Shown here: positions 51,837-61,364 of the stretch, piece by piece
Numbering within the stretch: the stretch's first letter is position 1
How the letters are laid out: each line of letters begins with the position of its first letter
Assembly (NCBI GenBank): GCA_963762565.1
Contig: CAVXLD010000010.1
Coordinates: forward strand, 160,001-224,000
Source of the DNA: an uncultured Verrucomicrobiae bacterium
Lineage (GTDB): Bacteria; Verrucomicrobiota; Verrucomicrobiia; Chthoniobacterales; JAFAMB01
DNA length: 64,000 nt
Reading direction: 5' to 3'
Position numbers and translations under genes: made by a program
Notes under the pieces: generated by a model
The model's database searches: none
What the model saw: only the letters and a program-made list of their open reading frames with translations
What the model was told of the DNA's origin: nothing

Positions 51837-51955
51837 TCTGCCGCGCCGTTGTCCCGCGGCGGCGGGAGAAGGCGGGTCGTCGCCCTGATCGAGAGCTTTC
51901 ACTGGACAAGAGGCGAAAGCTTCCGTATCTGGGGACCTTTGTAACATTAGGATGT

Positions 51956-53263
51956 ATGGAAATTGCCATTATTGGATCGGGATACGTGGGACTGGTGACT
52001 GGAACGTGTTTTGCGGAAGTAGGACATGAGGTCATCTGTGTCGATAATGACGAGAGGAAAGTAAAATCGCTGCAGAACGGTACGATTCCTATTTATGAGC
52101 CAGGCCTCGACGACTTGGTTCATCGAAATGTGGCTGCGCGCCGGCTGCGTTTCACTACCAGCATCGAGGAGGGCGTTGATAACTCGCAGGTCGTTTTTAT
52201 TGCTGTGCCCACCCCACCGCAACCTGACGGAAGCGTAGATCTTACCTATATTGAACGGGTCGCTCGCGAGATCGCTTCCGTGATCAAAAGCTATCGCGTG
52301 ATCGTCGACAAGAGCACCGTACCGGTTAAGACAGGCGAGAAAGTTGCCGATACCATCCGGCGATACAATAAGGCCGGCGTAGAATTCGATGTGGTCAGCA
52401 ATCCCGAGTTCCTGCGAGAAGGATGCGCCGTCGACGATCTGATGCACCCGGATCGGATCGTCGTTGGAACAAACAGCGACCGCGCTTTAGCGCTGATGCG
52501 CAAAATTTACGAGCCGTTTATGGCCCCTGTCATGGTGACAGACATAAACAGCGCCGAACTGATCAAGCACGCGGCCAATTCTTTCCTGGCGCTTAAGATC
52601 TCCTACATCAATGCCATTTCGGGCATTTGCGAAGCCAGCGGCGCCGACGTTGAAAAAGTCGCTGCCGGTATCGGAGCTGATAAACGCATCGGTCGTAGTT
52701 TCCTCAACGCCGGGCTCGGTTACGGAGGATCATGTTTCCCGAAGGATATCGCGGCTTTTATCGCCATTAGCGAGCAGCTGGGTACGCCCTTTAGCCTTTT
52801 GAAGGAAGTCCAGCGAATCAATCAGAATCAACGAGAACGTTTTGTAAAAAAGCTGCGGGAAACTCTTTGGGTCTTGAAAGAGAAACGGCTAGCCGTGTGG
52901 GGTCTCACCTTCAAGCCGGATACGGACGATGTCCGTAACTCGGTCGCAATCGAGTTGGTAGACGACCTTTGCCGGGAAGGCGCAAATGTAGTCGCCTACG
53001 ATCCGAAGGGAATGTCAAAAGTGCGGGAGTTCAAACTCTGCCCGGACGCGGTACTGGCCTCATCTCCGCTGGAAGCCGTTCGAGACGCGGAGGCGCTCAT
53101 CATCGCCACCGAATGGAGCGAGTTCGAGAACGTCGACTTTTCCGAAGTGAGACGCCTGATGCACACCCCACTGATCTTTGATGGCCGTAATCTACTCGAT
53201 CCTAAGACCATGCGAGATTTCGGTTTTCAGTATCATGGGATCGGCCGAGGCCCTGTTGGTTAG
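51956..53263 (+). CDS. ugd: UDP-glucose 6-dehydrogenase
   Basis: GSGYVG, KSTVP, SNPEFLREG, GGSCFPKD, FKPDTDD, FDGRN. Confidence 0.95.
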   Translation: MEIAIIGSGYVGLVTGTCFAEVGHEVICVDNDERKVKSLQNGTIPIYEPGLDDLVHRNVAARRLRFTTSIEEGVDNSQVVFIAVPTPPQPDGSVDLTYIERVAREIASVIKSYRVIVDKSTVPVKTGEKVADTIRRYNKAGVEFDVVSNPEFLREGCAVDDLMHPDRIVVGTNSDRALALMRKIYEPFMAPVMVTDINSAELIKHAANSFLALKISYINAISGICEASGADVEKVAAGIGADKRIGRSFLNAGLGYGGSCFPKDIAAFIAISEQLGTPFSLLKEVQRINQNQRERFVKKLRETLWVLKEKRLAVWGLTFKPDTDDVRNSVAIELVDDLCREGANVVAYDPKGMSKVREFKLCPDAVLASSPLEAVRDAEALIIATEWSEFENVDFSEVRRLMHTPLIFDGRNLLDPKTMRDFGFQYHGIGRGPVG

Positions 53264-53320
53264 CCGCGAAGCGGCTTAAGAGAGGCGCTTCGTGCTTGAA
53301 TTGAGTGGACGCCCATCAGC

Positions 53321-53506
53321 CTGGGAGGGATCGCGTCCTCGCGATCCGTGGTTACCGAAGCCGAGGACGTGTTGTCATCGCGGTTGAAAATAGACCTTTA
53401 GGTTGTGGCACGTCCTCGCGGCGCGCGGGGATCCGACGTCGCCCCGTGTTGGCAGAAAAATCGATCGGATGCCTTAGGCTATGTCGGACAGGCAGCGCGC
53501 CCTCCC
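53321..53506. repeat. Dispersed ~185-nt element, GGGAGGG family copy 2
   Basis: Block-by-block similarity to 42490-42672. Confidence 0.85.
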
Positions 53507-53638
53507 TGCGAACGCGGCGCGACACAACCCCATCGCGAAACTGCTGGCTGCTCGACCTCTGACGTGGAAGATTTTACACGTTCTCTCTGAGAATGCTGTG
53601 CAACCGTGACAGCTGGAGTGAACAAACGGTTAACGGTT

Positions 53639-54877
53639 ATGGTAGGTGACAATCCACGGCACAGTTGCCTCAGAGCCTTGCAGCAATGGGAGTCGTCCAG
53701 GACATTCGCAGACGATGTCCTCCACCGGACACTGGAAGGATGCCGCTTAACCCAGGTCAACCGGGCTTTTGTAACCGAGGCCTTCTACGGTGTCATCCGT
53801 AATCGTTCCTTGTTAGACTTCATTATTGAACGGTTTCGTCCGTCAAAACTGGATAGCAAAACTCGCTTAGTGCTGCAGCTCGGGCTTTACCAGTTGTACA
53901 AAATGCGGGTCGCACCCCACGCCGCAGTTTATGAAACGGTGAACTTGGCCGGACCTGCCAGGTCGTTGGTGAATGCCATACTCAGAAAAGCGATTAACGA
54001 AAGAGAGGCCGTTTTCTCTGACGTCGAGAGCGCGCCGGCTTATATTCGCTGGTCGCACCCGGAGTTTCTCTATTCGCGCTGGAGCGAAGAGCTCGGCTCA
54101 GGCGGTGCAGAAGGCCTCTGCCGATGGAACAACGAACCGGCCAAGATCTATGTTCGGGCCAATCATCTGCTCTCCACCAAAGAAACCCTTCTGGAGAACG
54201 CCGGTGGAGCGCGGCAGTCGGTTTTACATACCGACTGCTTGGAGGTCGATCATTTGCCTGCAAGCTGGATTGCATCGGGCGTGGTGTACGTTCAGGATCC
54301 AAGCACTCTGCTGGCCTGCGAAGTTCTGAACCCGCACCCGGGCGAGAAAGTCTTGGATGCGTGCGCAGCGCCCGGCGGAAAAACCGGCTATCTGGCGCAG
54401 CTAATGGCAAATTCAGGGTCAGTGCTGGCTTGCGATTATGAACCGTCACGGTTAACTCGATTGCGAGAGAACCTAGCCAGGCTAGGCGTTTCCAATACCA
54501 CCGTTATGAGGGTTGATTGGTTACAAGGGCCGCCTTCTCTACCGGACACAAGTTTTGATGCCATTCTGCTCGATGTGCCTTGCACTAACACCGGGGTAAT
54601 TCGTCGCCGGACCGATGTACGCTGGCGGCTTACTCCCGATGATTTCCGGCGGATGCCGAAGTTGCAGACCCGGATCGTTGAGAACGTGGTTCCCTTCCTT
54701 CGCAACGGCGGACGTTTGGTTTACAGCACTTGTAGCGTCGAACCGGAAGAGAACGAGGATGTGGTAAGCCATATCCGAGAGACCATCCCCTGTCTACGGC
54801 TCGTCAGCACCAAAAGCATCCTGCCAACCCGCGATGGGATGGACGGCGCCTTCGTGGCGTTATTCAGCAGAGACTAG
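53639..54877 (+). CDS. rsmB: 16S rRNA m5C methyltransferase RsmB/Sun
   Basis: NusB-like N-terminus, VQD, DACAAPGGKT, LLDVPC, YSTCS. Confidence 0.92.
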   Translation: MVGDNPRHSCLRALQQWESSRTFADDVLHRTLEGCRLTQVNRAFVTEAFYGVIRNRSLLDFIIERFRPSKLDSKTRLVLQLGLYQLYKMRVAPHAAVYETVNLAGPARSLVNAILRKAINEREAVFSDVESAPAYIRWSHPEFLYSRWSEELGSGGAEGLCRWNNEPAKIYVRANHLLSTKETLLENAGGARQSVLHTDCLEVDHLPASWIASGVVYVQDPSTLLACEVLNPHPGEKVLDACAAPGGKTGYLAQLMANSGSVLACDYEPSRLTRLRENLARLGVSNTTVMRVDWLQGPPSLPDTSFDAILLDVPCTNTGVIRRRTDVRWRLTPDDFRRMPKLQTRIVENVVPFLRNGGRLVYSTCSVEPEENEDVVSHIRETIPCLRLVSTKSILPTRDGMDGAFVALFSRD

Positions 54878-54959
54878 CCACGCTATTTATGAGACAGGAC
54901 ACTAACGCTGGCCGCGCCGAGTTTTTCGCCCTACCGACCGCCCGGAGCCTCGCCCTACC
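54876..54959. repeat. Composite remnant: solo MITE end plus two REP half-sites
   Basis: AGCCACGCTATTTATGAGACAGGACACT matches the right TIR of the 4548-4822 element; followed by GCGCCGAGTTTTTCGCCCTACC and CCGGAGCCTCGCCCTACC. Confidence 0.8.
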
Positions 54960-54960
54960 A

Positions 54961-55623
54961 TCAACCCATCTTTTGATAGAAACGCAGCGCTTCGATTTTC
55001 TCGGTCAATTCATCCAGCGGATAGATTCCCTGTTCACCGCCCGATCCAGGATCTTGAATCAGATAATGAAACCCGCGTTTGCCAACAATTACTACGAAGT
55101 GAGTGACGCGGCCAGGCAGCCATAACCGAATAATTACCGGGTTACCTTGAAGGAGATTGCTATCGATCAAAAAAAAGGAAGGAAGGTCTTCATAAACCTT
55201 TTTCGCTTTCCCGGGAGTAAAATCCGCTGCTTTCTCCCAGCGTATCCAACCTTCGGGTGTATATCCGTCATGACCGATCAAGAATTGGTTCAGCTGGCCA
55301 GGGTCTAGCTCTAGACCGTAAAACGCCAGAACCATCGCCGCGGAACTCACGGCACAACCTTCCGCAGCCATTGTTCCTTGAGTCCCCGCTAAAGAATCAC
55401 TTGCCCATCTCGGGTCGCCTTGCGCAAATCGGGGTACGGTCAGTCGCACCGGGTAGGGAAAGTACAGGCCCCCATATGCTGCGATTTGGCGAGGCCAGAA
55501 GTAATACCAACTTAGAGCCGATAAGAGAATCACGGCGCCAAAACTGGTAAGCCAAAACCAACCACGTTTTCTAACTCTCCGGTTTACGGCCGGTTTTGAA
55601 TTATCTTTTGTGATGACTGGCAT
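54961..55623 (-). CDS. Membrane-anchored C39-like cysteine peptidase
   Basis: N-terminal TM, Q.DPRW, GCAVSSAAMV (Cys), HFVVIVG (His), IQDP (Asp). Confidence 0.75.
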   Translation of the reverse strand: MPVITKDNSKPAVNRRVRKRGWFWLTSFGAVILLSALSWYYFWPRQIAAYGGLYFPYPVRLTVPRFAQGDPRWASDSLAGTQGTMAAEGCAVSSAAMVLAFYGLELDPGQLNQFLIGHDGYTPEGWIRWEKAADFTPGKAKKVYEDLPSFFLIDSNLLQGNPVIIRLWLPGRVTHFVVIVGKRGFHYLIQDPGSGGEQGIYPLDELTEKIEALRFYQKMG

Positions 55624-55715
55624 CAGCTGAACTGTTTCGAGTTTAGCACGTTTCTATCACCGCCCGGCGAATTTATTAAATTTGCCCCCAGGCCGGCCTC
55701 ACCTATCGTATTGCT

Positions 55716-56621
55716 GTGAGCGGCACTGCCACGGCGGTCGGGAAACCAATGAAAGGGGGTTCCCTCAAGTACAATCGCCGCGTTCTTATCTTCGTAGTGA
55801 TCGCGATTCCGGTTCTCATAGCGGGGCTTTTTTTCTTCGTTTCAAGACAGCTCCGCCGCGACGAAGGTCTTGGGCTGGAGATTGTGGGGCGGATGCATGT
55901 TGCACGCGAGCAATTGTTCGTGATCCAAGATCTGCTTGATCAAGCAGACAACGCTCAGCGCGGTTACCTTCTAACCGGACAATTAAGTAACCTATTACCC
56001 TTTTGGCTGGCAAAAGCTGAACTGCCCCCGCAATTGTTGAATCTTCGCCAAGTTTTGGCGGCAGACCCGCGGCAACTTGCCGAAGTCGCGCGTTTAACCA
56101 GCGCCATCCAAAGAAAATTCGATGAGTTTAGCCAAAGTATTGCTCTAAAAGAGAACGGAAATACAACCGAAGCAATCGCTATGCTGCTTTCACCAGGGGG
56201 TGGATCACTACTCAGCGAGATTCACTCAGCGATCTTTGCACTGCAGGCCTACGAAAATACCGTTCTGGCTGAACGTAACGCAAACAACGATGCTCAATTG
56301 GATTTGCGGGATGATATTTCCACGATCCTGTTGGCGACCAGCACGTTGGTAGTCGTCGGAGCTGGCATCCTGTTTTTACGGATACTACAACTTCAGAACA
56401 TTATAACAGTCTGCGCTTGGACCCAACGGGTAAACTACCGAGGCAAGTGGATGCGCATGGAGGAGTTTCTCTGGCAAAGGTTCCGCGTTAAGGTTTCCCA
56501 CGGTATTTCGGAAGAGGCTTTTGATGGGGTAATGGGCCTCGTGGGAAAGAATCTAACAATTCCCGATAATCGCGGCGACCGGACGCCCCTCGGCGGTACT
56601 GATGGACCAAAAACCAAGTAG
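55716..56621 (+). CDS. CHASE3-domain membrane sensor without a kinase domain
   Basis: TM - ADNAQRGYLLTG (CHASE3) - TM - short tail CAWT...W...E.FL...VSHGISEE. Confidence 0.75.
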   Translation: MSGTATAVGKPMKGGSLKYNRRVLIFVVIAIPVLIAGLFFFVSRQLRRDEGLGLEIVGRMHVAREQLFVIQDLLDQADNAQRGYLLTGQLSNLLPFWLAKAELPPQLLNLRQVLAADPRQLAEVARLTSAIQRKFDEFSQSIALKENGNTTEAIAMLLSPGGGSLLSEIHSAIFALQAYENTVLAERNANNDAQLDLRDDISTILLATSTLVVVGAGILFLRILQLQNIITVCAWTQRVNYRGKWMRMEEFLWQRFRVKVSHGISEEAFDGVMGLVGKNLTIPDNRGDRTPLGGTDGPKTK

Positions 56622-57507
56622 CAAGTTCTTTCGATCCGTTGGACTCGTCTCGCTAGCGCTGAGCTCGGCACTGCTGTTCAACGCGTGTTCCACCTGGCCG
56701 GGGTCTGGCAGCAAGAGTACGCTTTGGCAGATCACGGGCGCACACAATTCCGTGTACCTGATGGGATCGATCCATGTCCTCCCTGCGTCCGCTTACCCTT
56801 TGCGCCCGGCTCTGCAAGTCGCGTTCAATAAATCGCAGCGCGTCGTATTCGAAGTCGATTTAAACACGGTTTCTCAACAGGCAGTGTTGCGCGAGTTCGA
56901 AGAAGTCGGCGTCTACCCGCCTGGCGATAGCCTGGAGCATCATGTTTCCCGGCAAACCATTAAGCTAGTCAAGCAAGTGCTGGCAAATCTCGGTATCTCC
57001 TACCAGAAAGCGAAGCGCTTCAAACCGGCGCTGCTGGGAGAGCTGATCACGAGCCGATACACAGAGTTAGCCGGGTTTAGAGAGGATCTCGGGGTTGATC
57101 GATACTTTTACTACCAGGCGAAGAATACTCGTAAACCGGTATTGGGTTTGGAAACGATCCGGGACCAAGCCCGAGTCCTTTCAGACGACTCCTCAGGCGA
57201 AGCCCGCTTGGTAGAGGCAATTGCCTCGTTACCGGCGGCAAAAGAAGTCCTCGACCAACTGGTGGACGCCTGGAAGGACGGCCGGATCAATACCCTGGAT
57301 CGCTTGTTGAATCAGGATGAATGGAGCGATCCCAAGAGTTTCGAATCGATGTTTTTAACCCGAAACCAGAAGTGGTTGCCGCAGATAGAACGCTTCCTCA
57401 CGGGCGACAGCAATTACCTGGTGATCGTTGGCTCAGGACATCTGGTTGGTGATCACGGTCTGGTCAGAGCTTTGCAGGAACGGGGTTATCAGGTCAAACA
57501 GCTGTAA
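56602..57507 (+). CDS. TraB/GumN family lipoprotein
   Basis: Lipobox FNAC, YLMGSIH, VFE, GVD, GLET..Q, RN..W, VGSGHL. Confidence 0.85.
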   Translation: MDQKPSSKFFRSVGLVSLALSSALLFNACSTWPGSGSKSTLWQITGAHNSVYLMGSIHVLPASAYPLRPALQVAFNKSQRVVFEVDLNTVSQQAVLREFEEVGVYPPGDSLEHHVSRQTIKLVKQVLANLGISYQKAKRFKPALLGELITSRYTELAGFREDLGVDRYFYYQAKNTRKPVLGLETIRDQARVLSDDSSGEARLVEAIASLPAAKEVLDQLVDAWKDGRINTLDRLLNQDEWSDPKSFESMFLTRNQKWLPQIERFLTGDSNYLVIVGSGHLVGDHGLVRALQERGYQVKQL

Positions 57508-57522
57508 CCTGCAACGGCAGGA

Positions 57523-57739
57523 TTTGGTGGGGCGAGGCTCCCGCGAAAGACTGCGGCTTCGCGACGCCCTCGGTTTTGCCTTAGGAACGGGCCGATTAGG
57601 ACTAAAAGCGCGCCGAGCCGTGGTCTATCGCTGGGTCACGGCTCGGCGCGCGCCACAGTCGAGCGGAGCTTTTCGGAGAGTCAGGATCATCCCCTTCCGC
57701 GAAATTTTAAAGGTCCGGCGGGAGCCTCGCCCCACCAAA
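57523..57739. repeat. REPIN-like doublet, GTGG variant, copy 2
   Basis: TTTGGTGGGGCGAGGCTCCCGC ... GCGGGAGCCTCGCCCCACCAAA with central GCGCGCCGAGCCGTG...CACGGCTCGGCGCGC. Confidence 0.85.
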
Positions 57740-57761
57740 GTTCCCGTCCATTCCGCTATCG

Positions 57762-59228
57762 TCACTCTCCGAACGTCTTCGCCTCGCCCTTGAGCCCGTC
57801 TTCTACTACCTCAATCTTTATCAGGTTGGTCTTGCCAGAAACGTTGTAGGGAGTGCCGGCAACGATCGTAAGGACGTCGCTGGGCTGCGCCTGCAGTACT
57901 TTCACCGCAGCTTCGGCGCTCATTTTCACCAGGTTTGCCGTTCCGCTAATCGCAGGGACCAAAACTGATTCGACACCCCAAATCAGACTCATCCGGCGGC
58001 AGGTCTCGGGAGACGAACAGAGCGCGATGACCGGCATCTTCGGCCGATGGCAAGCAACTCGGCGAACCGTCGTACCGGAGGTGGTAGCGGCTACGATCGC
58101 CCGAGCCGACACCGAGCTGGCGATCATCGCCGTCGCTTGTCCGACTGCGCCATCGAGATCAGCTACTCGACGTAATTCCCCGGAGCTTGGCAACTCGCCG
58201 CGCATCCAGGCCAATTCCGCTCGGCCAGCGATGGTCGCCATCGTGGCCACAACCTCTACCGGAAATTTACCGACCGCAGATTCTCCGGATAGCATCACTG
58301 CGTCCGTGCCATCCAAAATAGCGTTCGCCACGTCGGCAGCCTCGGCTCGGGTCGGCTTATGAAAGGTCGTCATCGACTCCAGCATTTGAGTCGCAGTAAT
58401 CACCGGAACCCCTGCTTGCCGGCAAACCGCGATAATTCGCTTCTGGGCAATAGGGACATCTTCGAAACTCATCTCCAAAGCCAAGTCGCCTCTAGCTACC
58501 ATCACCCCGAAGCATTCCTTGACGATATTTTCGATGTCTTCGAGTGCATTCTGTCTCTCGATCTTAGCTATTACGGGTATGCTGGATCCTCGTTCCGCCA
58601 GGGTTTGTTTCAGAAACCGGACATCGGCCGCAGACTGCACGAATGACAGGGCCAGAAAATCGAGTTCCTGCGACACGGCAAAATCCAGGTCCTGATAGTC
58701 TTTCGTCGTCAGAGAAGGTAAGGAGATAAGCCGATTTTTTAGGTTTACGCCTTTATTGCTCTTCAAGTCACCGCCGCGGGTCACCTCGCAAAGGACTTCC
58801 CCGCCAGCGAGGCGATCTAAGACCTGGAGCTCGATGTTGCCGTCATCTAATAAAACGATCGTCCCGTGGGCGACATCGTTTGCCAGGCCTCGGAAACTGA
58901 CTCCGATCTTTTCAGGCGTTCCGATGACCGGGCTCGGTGTGAGCACGATTTTTCCACCCTGTTCCAGATTAATAACGCCATCCTGCATTTCGCCCACTCG
59001 GATGCGAGGGCCGCGCAAATCCCCAAGAATCCCGACGAAGACCCCGAGCTCGTCGGCCACCTTCCGGATCCGCGCTACGAGCGGTTTGGCTTGCTCAGCC
59101 GAACGGTGGGAAAAGTTGAGCCGAACCACATCCATCCCGGCGTCGATCAGACGCCGGAGCATCTCTTCGCTATCGCTTGCTGGACCAATCGTTGCAACAA
59201 TCTTTGTTCGTTTAGCAGGTCGAGCCAT
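57762..59228 (-). CDS. pyk: Pyruvate kinase
   Basis: TKIVATIGPAS, RLNFSH, AKIE, MVARGDL, ATQMLESM, DAVMLSGE. Confidence 0.97.
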   Translation of the reverse strand: MARPAKRTKIVATIGPASDSEEMLRRLIDAGMDVVRLNFSHRSAEQAKPLVARIRKVADELGVFVGILGDLRGPRIRVGEMQDGVINLEQGGKIVLTPSPVIGTPEKIGVSFRGLANDVAHGTIVLLDDGNIELQVLDRLAGGEVLCEVTRGGDLKSNKGVNLKNRLISLPSLTTKDYQDLDFAVSQELDFLALSFVQSAADVRFLKQTLAERGSSIPVIAKIERQNALEDIENIVKECFGVMVARGDLALEMSFEDVPIAQKRIIAVCRQAGVPVITATQMLESMTTFHKPTRAEAADVANAILDGTDAVMLSGESAVGKFPVEVVATMATIAGRAELAWMRGELPSSGELRRVADLDGAVGQATAMIASSVSARAIVAATTSGTTVRRVACHRPKMPVIALCSSPETCRRMSLIWGVESVLVPAISGTANLVKMSAEAAVKVLQAQPSDVLTIVAGTPYNVSGKTNLIKIEVVEDGLKGEAKTFGE

Positions 59229-59468
59229 GGCACGCACAGTGTCCCATGGTTCTCTTGTGCGTCAAACGAACGGGCTGGCGGTTGGGGGCAGTCAGCCGAG
59301 TCGTCATCCAATACGCTTCGACAAAACACGGATGGGACCTATGGGACTTATGGGACCTCTATGACTACAGACTTATCGGGCGCGTAAGGTCGACTCGCGC
59401 GATTCTCTCTGCGTACCAGTCAACTCTTAGTGGCGCAAAGCCGCTCCCTCTGCAATGTTGTGGGTCCC

Positions 59469-59858
59469 ATGGAGGCACCAAGACTTCAATTATCGCTCCT
59501 GCCCGACGTGCTTGCCGTGTGCAGGTTAGAACCTTCTGACCCAATTCCGGAGTGGGCAACCCGTACCGGCTTCTTCTCCGTCTCGCGAAGCATGGATCAA
59601 CTTTCGATCGTTTGCGCGAATTCGGAGGTCGGCGATGATGTTCGGGCCAGTAAAGGTTGGCGCGCGATCAAGATTGAGGGACCTCTGGACCTCGATTTGG
59701 TAGGTATTCTTGTCTCAGTTGCTGTCCCGCTGGCTCATGCCGGCATCGGTATCCTACCAATTGGTACATTTGACACCGACTACATATTGGTACGTGACCG
59801 GCAGCTGACTCAAGCGATCAAGGCACTTCGCGCTACCGGCTTCCACATTGTGGATTGA
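59469..59858 (+). CDS. ACT-domain protein (CASTOR/ACT_7-like)
   Basis: FFSVSR...LSIVC, WRAIKIEGPLD...VGIL, TFDTDYILV. Confidence 0.85.
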   Translation: MEAPRLQLSLLPDVLAVCRLEPSDPIPEWATRTGFFSVSRSMDQLSIVCANSEVGDDVRASKGWRAIKIEGPLDLDLVGILVSVAVPLAHAGIGILPIGTFDTDYILVRDRQLTQAIKALRATGFHIVD

Positions 59859-60065
59859 GTTCGGCGTTCGGCGTTCACCGTTTGGCGTTCGGCGTTCGCG
59901 GCAGCACGGTGGCCTATTAGTCCCATGTGTCTCATTGAGCCCGTGGCGCCGTAGGCTTTGCGAAGGCGCATCCCATCCGTTCGACCGCCCAACGATCACC
60001 ATTTCTCCCAGCCCGTGCTAACGGTGAACGCCAAACGCCAGAACGCCGAACGCCGAACGCGAACC
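59858..60065. repeat. Inverted pair of heptamer repeats (GGCGTTC)n / (GAACGCC)n
   Basis: gttcggcgttcggcgttcaccgtttggcgttcggcgttc and aacggtgaacgccaaacgccagaacgccgaacgccgaacgc; a solo tract lies at about 42432-42457. Confidence 0.85.
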
Positions 60066-60108
60066 GTTTGCAAAACCGCCGAATAAATGCATGCTTGCCG
60101 TTCTTCAA

Positions 60109-61362
60109 ATGGAACTGCAGCGTCTGCCTGGCTTTCGCGACTTTTATCCCGAGGATAACGCCTGGCTAAATTACATTACTGACTCCTGGCGCACGACGGC
60201 CGCGAATTTCGGTTTCGCGGAGTACGATGGCCCTACTTTGGAGTCGACGGACCTTTACCGAAAAAAGAGCGGCGAGGAGCTAAAGTCGCAGTTATTCCGA
60301 TTCGTCGACCAAGGCGGCCGTGACGTTTGTCTCCGGCCTGAAATGACCCCTACGCTAGCGCGTCTGGTTGCAGCCAGGGAACGCGATTTTAAGAAGCCGA
60401 TAAAATGGTTCAGCATTTCTCCTTTTTTCCGGTTCGAGAAACCGCAGAAAGGGCGACTACGCGAATTCTATCAGATCAATTGCGATCTCATTGGTGACGA
60501 TTCACCGGCCGCCGACGCCGAATTGATCTCACTCGCTATTCATTTGCTGCGTGGATTCGGCTTAACCGAAAATGATTTCTCTGTCCGTCTAAGTAATCGC
60601 AATTTGTGGTCCGATTTTCTCAAGCGCCACAACCTACCCCTTGATCGAACGGCGGAATTTCTTGGCATCATCGACAAGCTCGGTCGCGAAGAGGAAAGCC
60701 GATTGTCCGAGAAGCTTACTGCCTTCAACCTGGACCTTGAGCAGATTCATACTTTCTTGGCCACACCCACTGAGCAGTTGCCTGGGTTCGAAGAACTGTT
60801 CCGCGAGCTTCGGTGGCGTGGGATCGAGGCGTTCTGTGAGCTGGATCTAACCATCGTACGGGGGCTGGATTATTACTCGGGCCTGGTATTTGAACTGTTT
60901 GATCGCCGGCAGGAAAATCGCGCCATCGCCGGCGGAGGGCGTTATGACAAACTGATCGAGGTTATCAGCGATGCATCCGTCGATCTGCCTGCGGCTGGTT
61001 TCGCCATCGGCGACGTTGTTTTACGAAATTTCTTGGAAGAATTGCCGCACACCCGAGCATTAGCAACGGAACGGATGGCTAGACGTTCTTTGCGAGGATA
61101 CATTGTCATCGCAAGTGAGTCTCAAAGAGCGGAAGCGATCAGACTCGCGACCCGACTAAGAGAAGCCGGGATATCGGTCGATTTCCCGCTTCAAGCGGCA
61201 AAAGTAGCTAAACAATTTCAAACCGCTGAATCACTGGGCGCCCAATACGCGGTGGTGGTCGGACAAGAGTGGCCACAGATTCGACTGAAGAACTTGCGTA
61301 CGCGAGCGGAATCCGTGGTGCTAGAAACGGAGCTTGAAACTAACCTAAAATTGGAAAACTGA
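60109..61362 (+). CDS. hisS: Histidine--tRNA ligase
   Basis: [40 protein letters not shown]. Confidence 0.96.
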   Translation: MELQRLPGFRDFYPEDNAWLNYITDSWRTTAANFGFAEYDGPTLESTDLYRKKSGEELKSQLFRFVDQGGRDVCLRPEMTPTLARLVAARERDFKKPIKWFSISPFFRFEKPQKGRLREFYQINCDLIGDDSPAADAELISLAIHLLRGFGLTENDFSVRLSNRNLWSDFLKRHNLPLDRTAEFLGIIDKLGREEESRLSEKLTAFNLDLEQIHTFLATPTEQLPGFEELFRELRWRGIEAFCELDLTIVRGLDYYSGLVFELFDRRQENRAIAGGGRYDKLIEVISDASVDLPAAGFAIGDVVLRNFLEELPHTRALATERMARRSLRGYIVIASESQRAEAIRLATRLREAGISVDFPLQAAKVAKQFQTAESLGAQYAVVVGQEWPQIRLKNLRTRAESVVLETELETNLKLEN

Positions 61363-61364
61363 CC

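Noticed and set aside
59240..60108. Riboswitch or T-box upstream of pyk, the ACT gene or hisS
   Set aside because: I recognised no consensus motifs; the structure is explained by the 7-mer and 9-mer repeats
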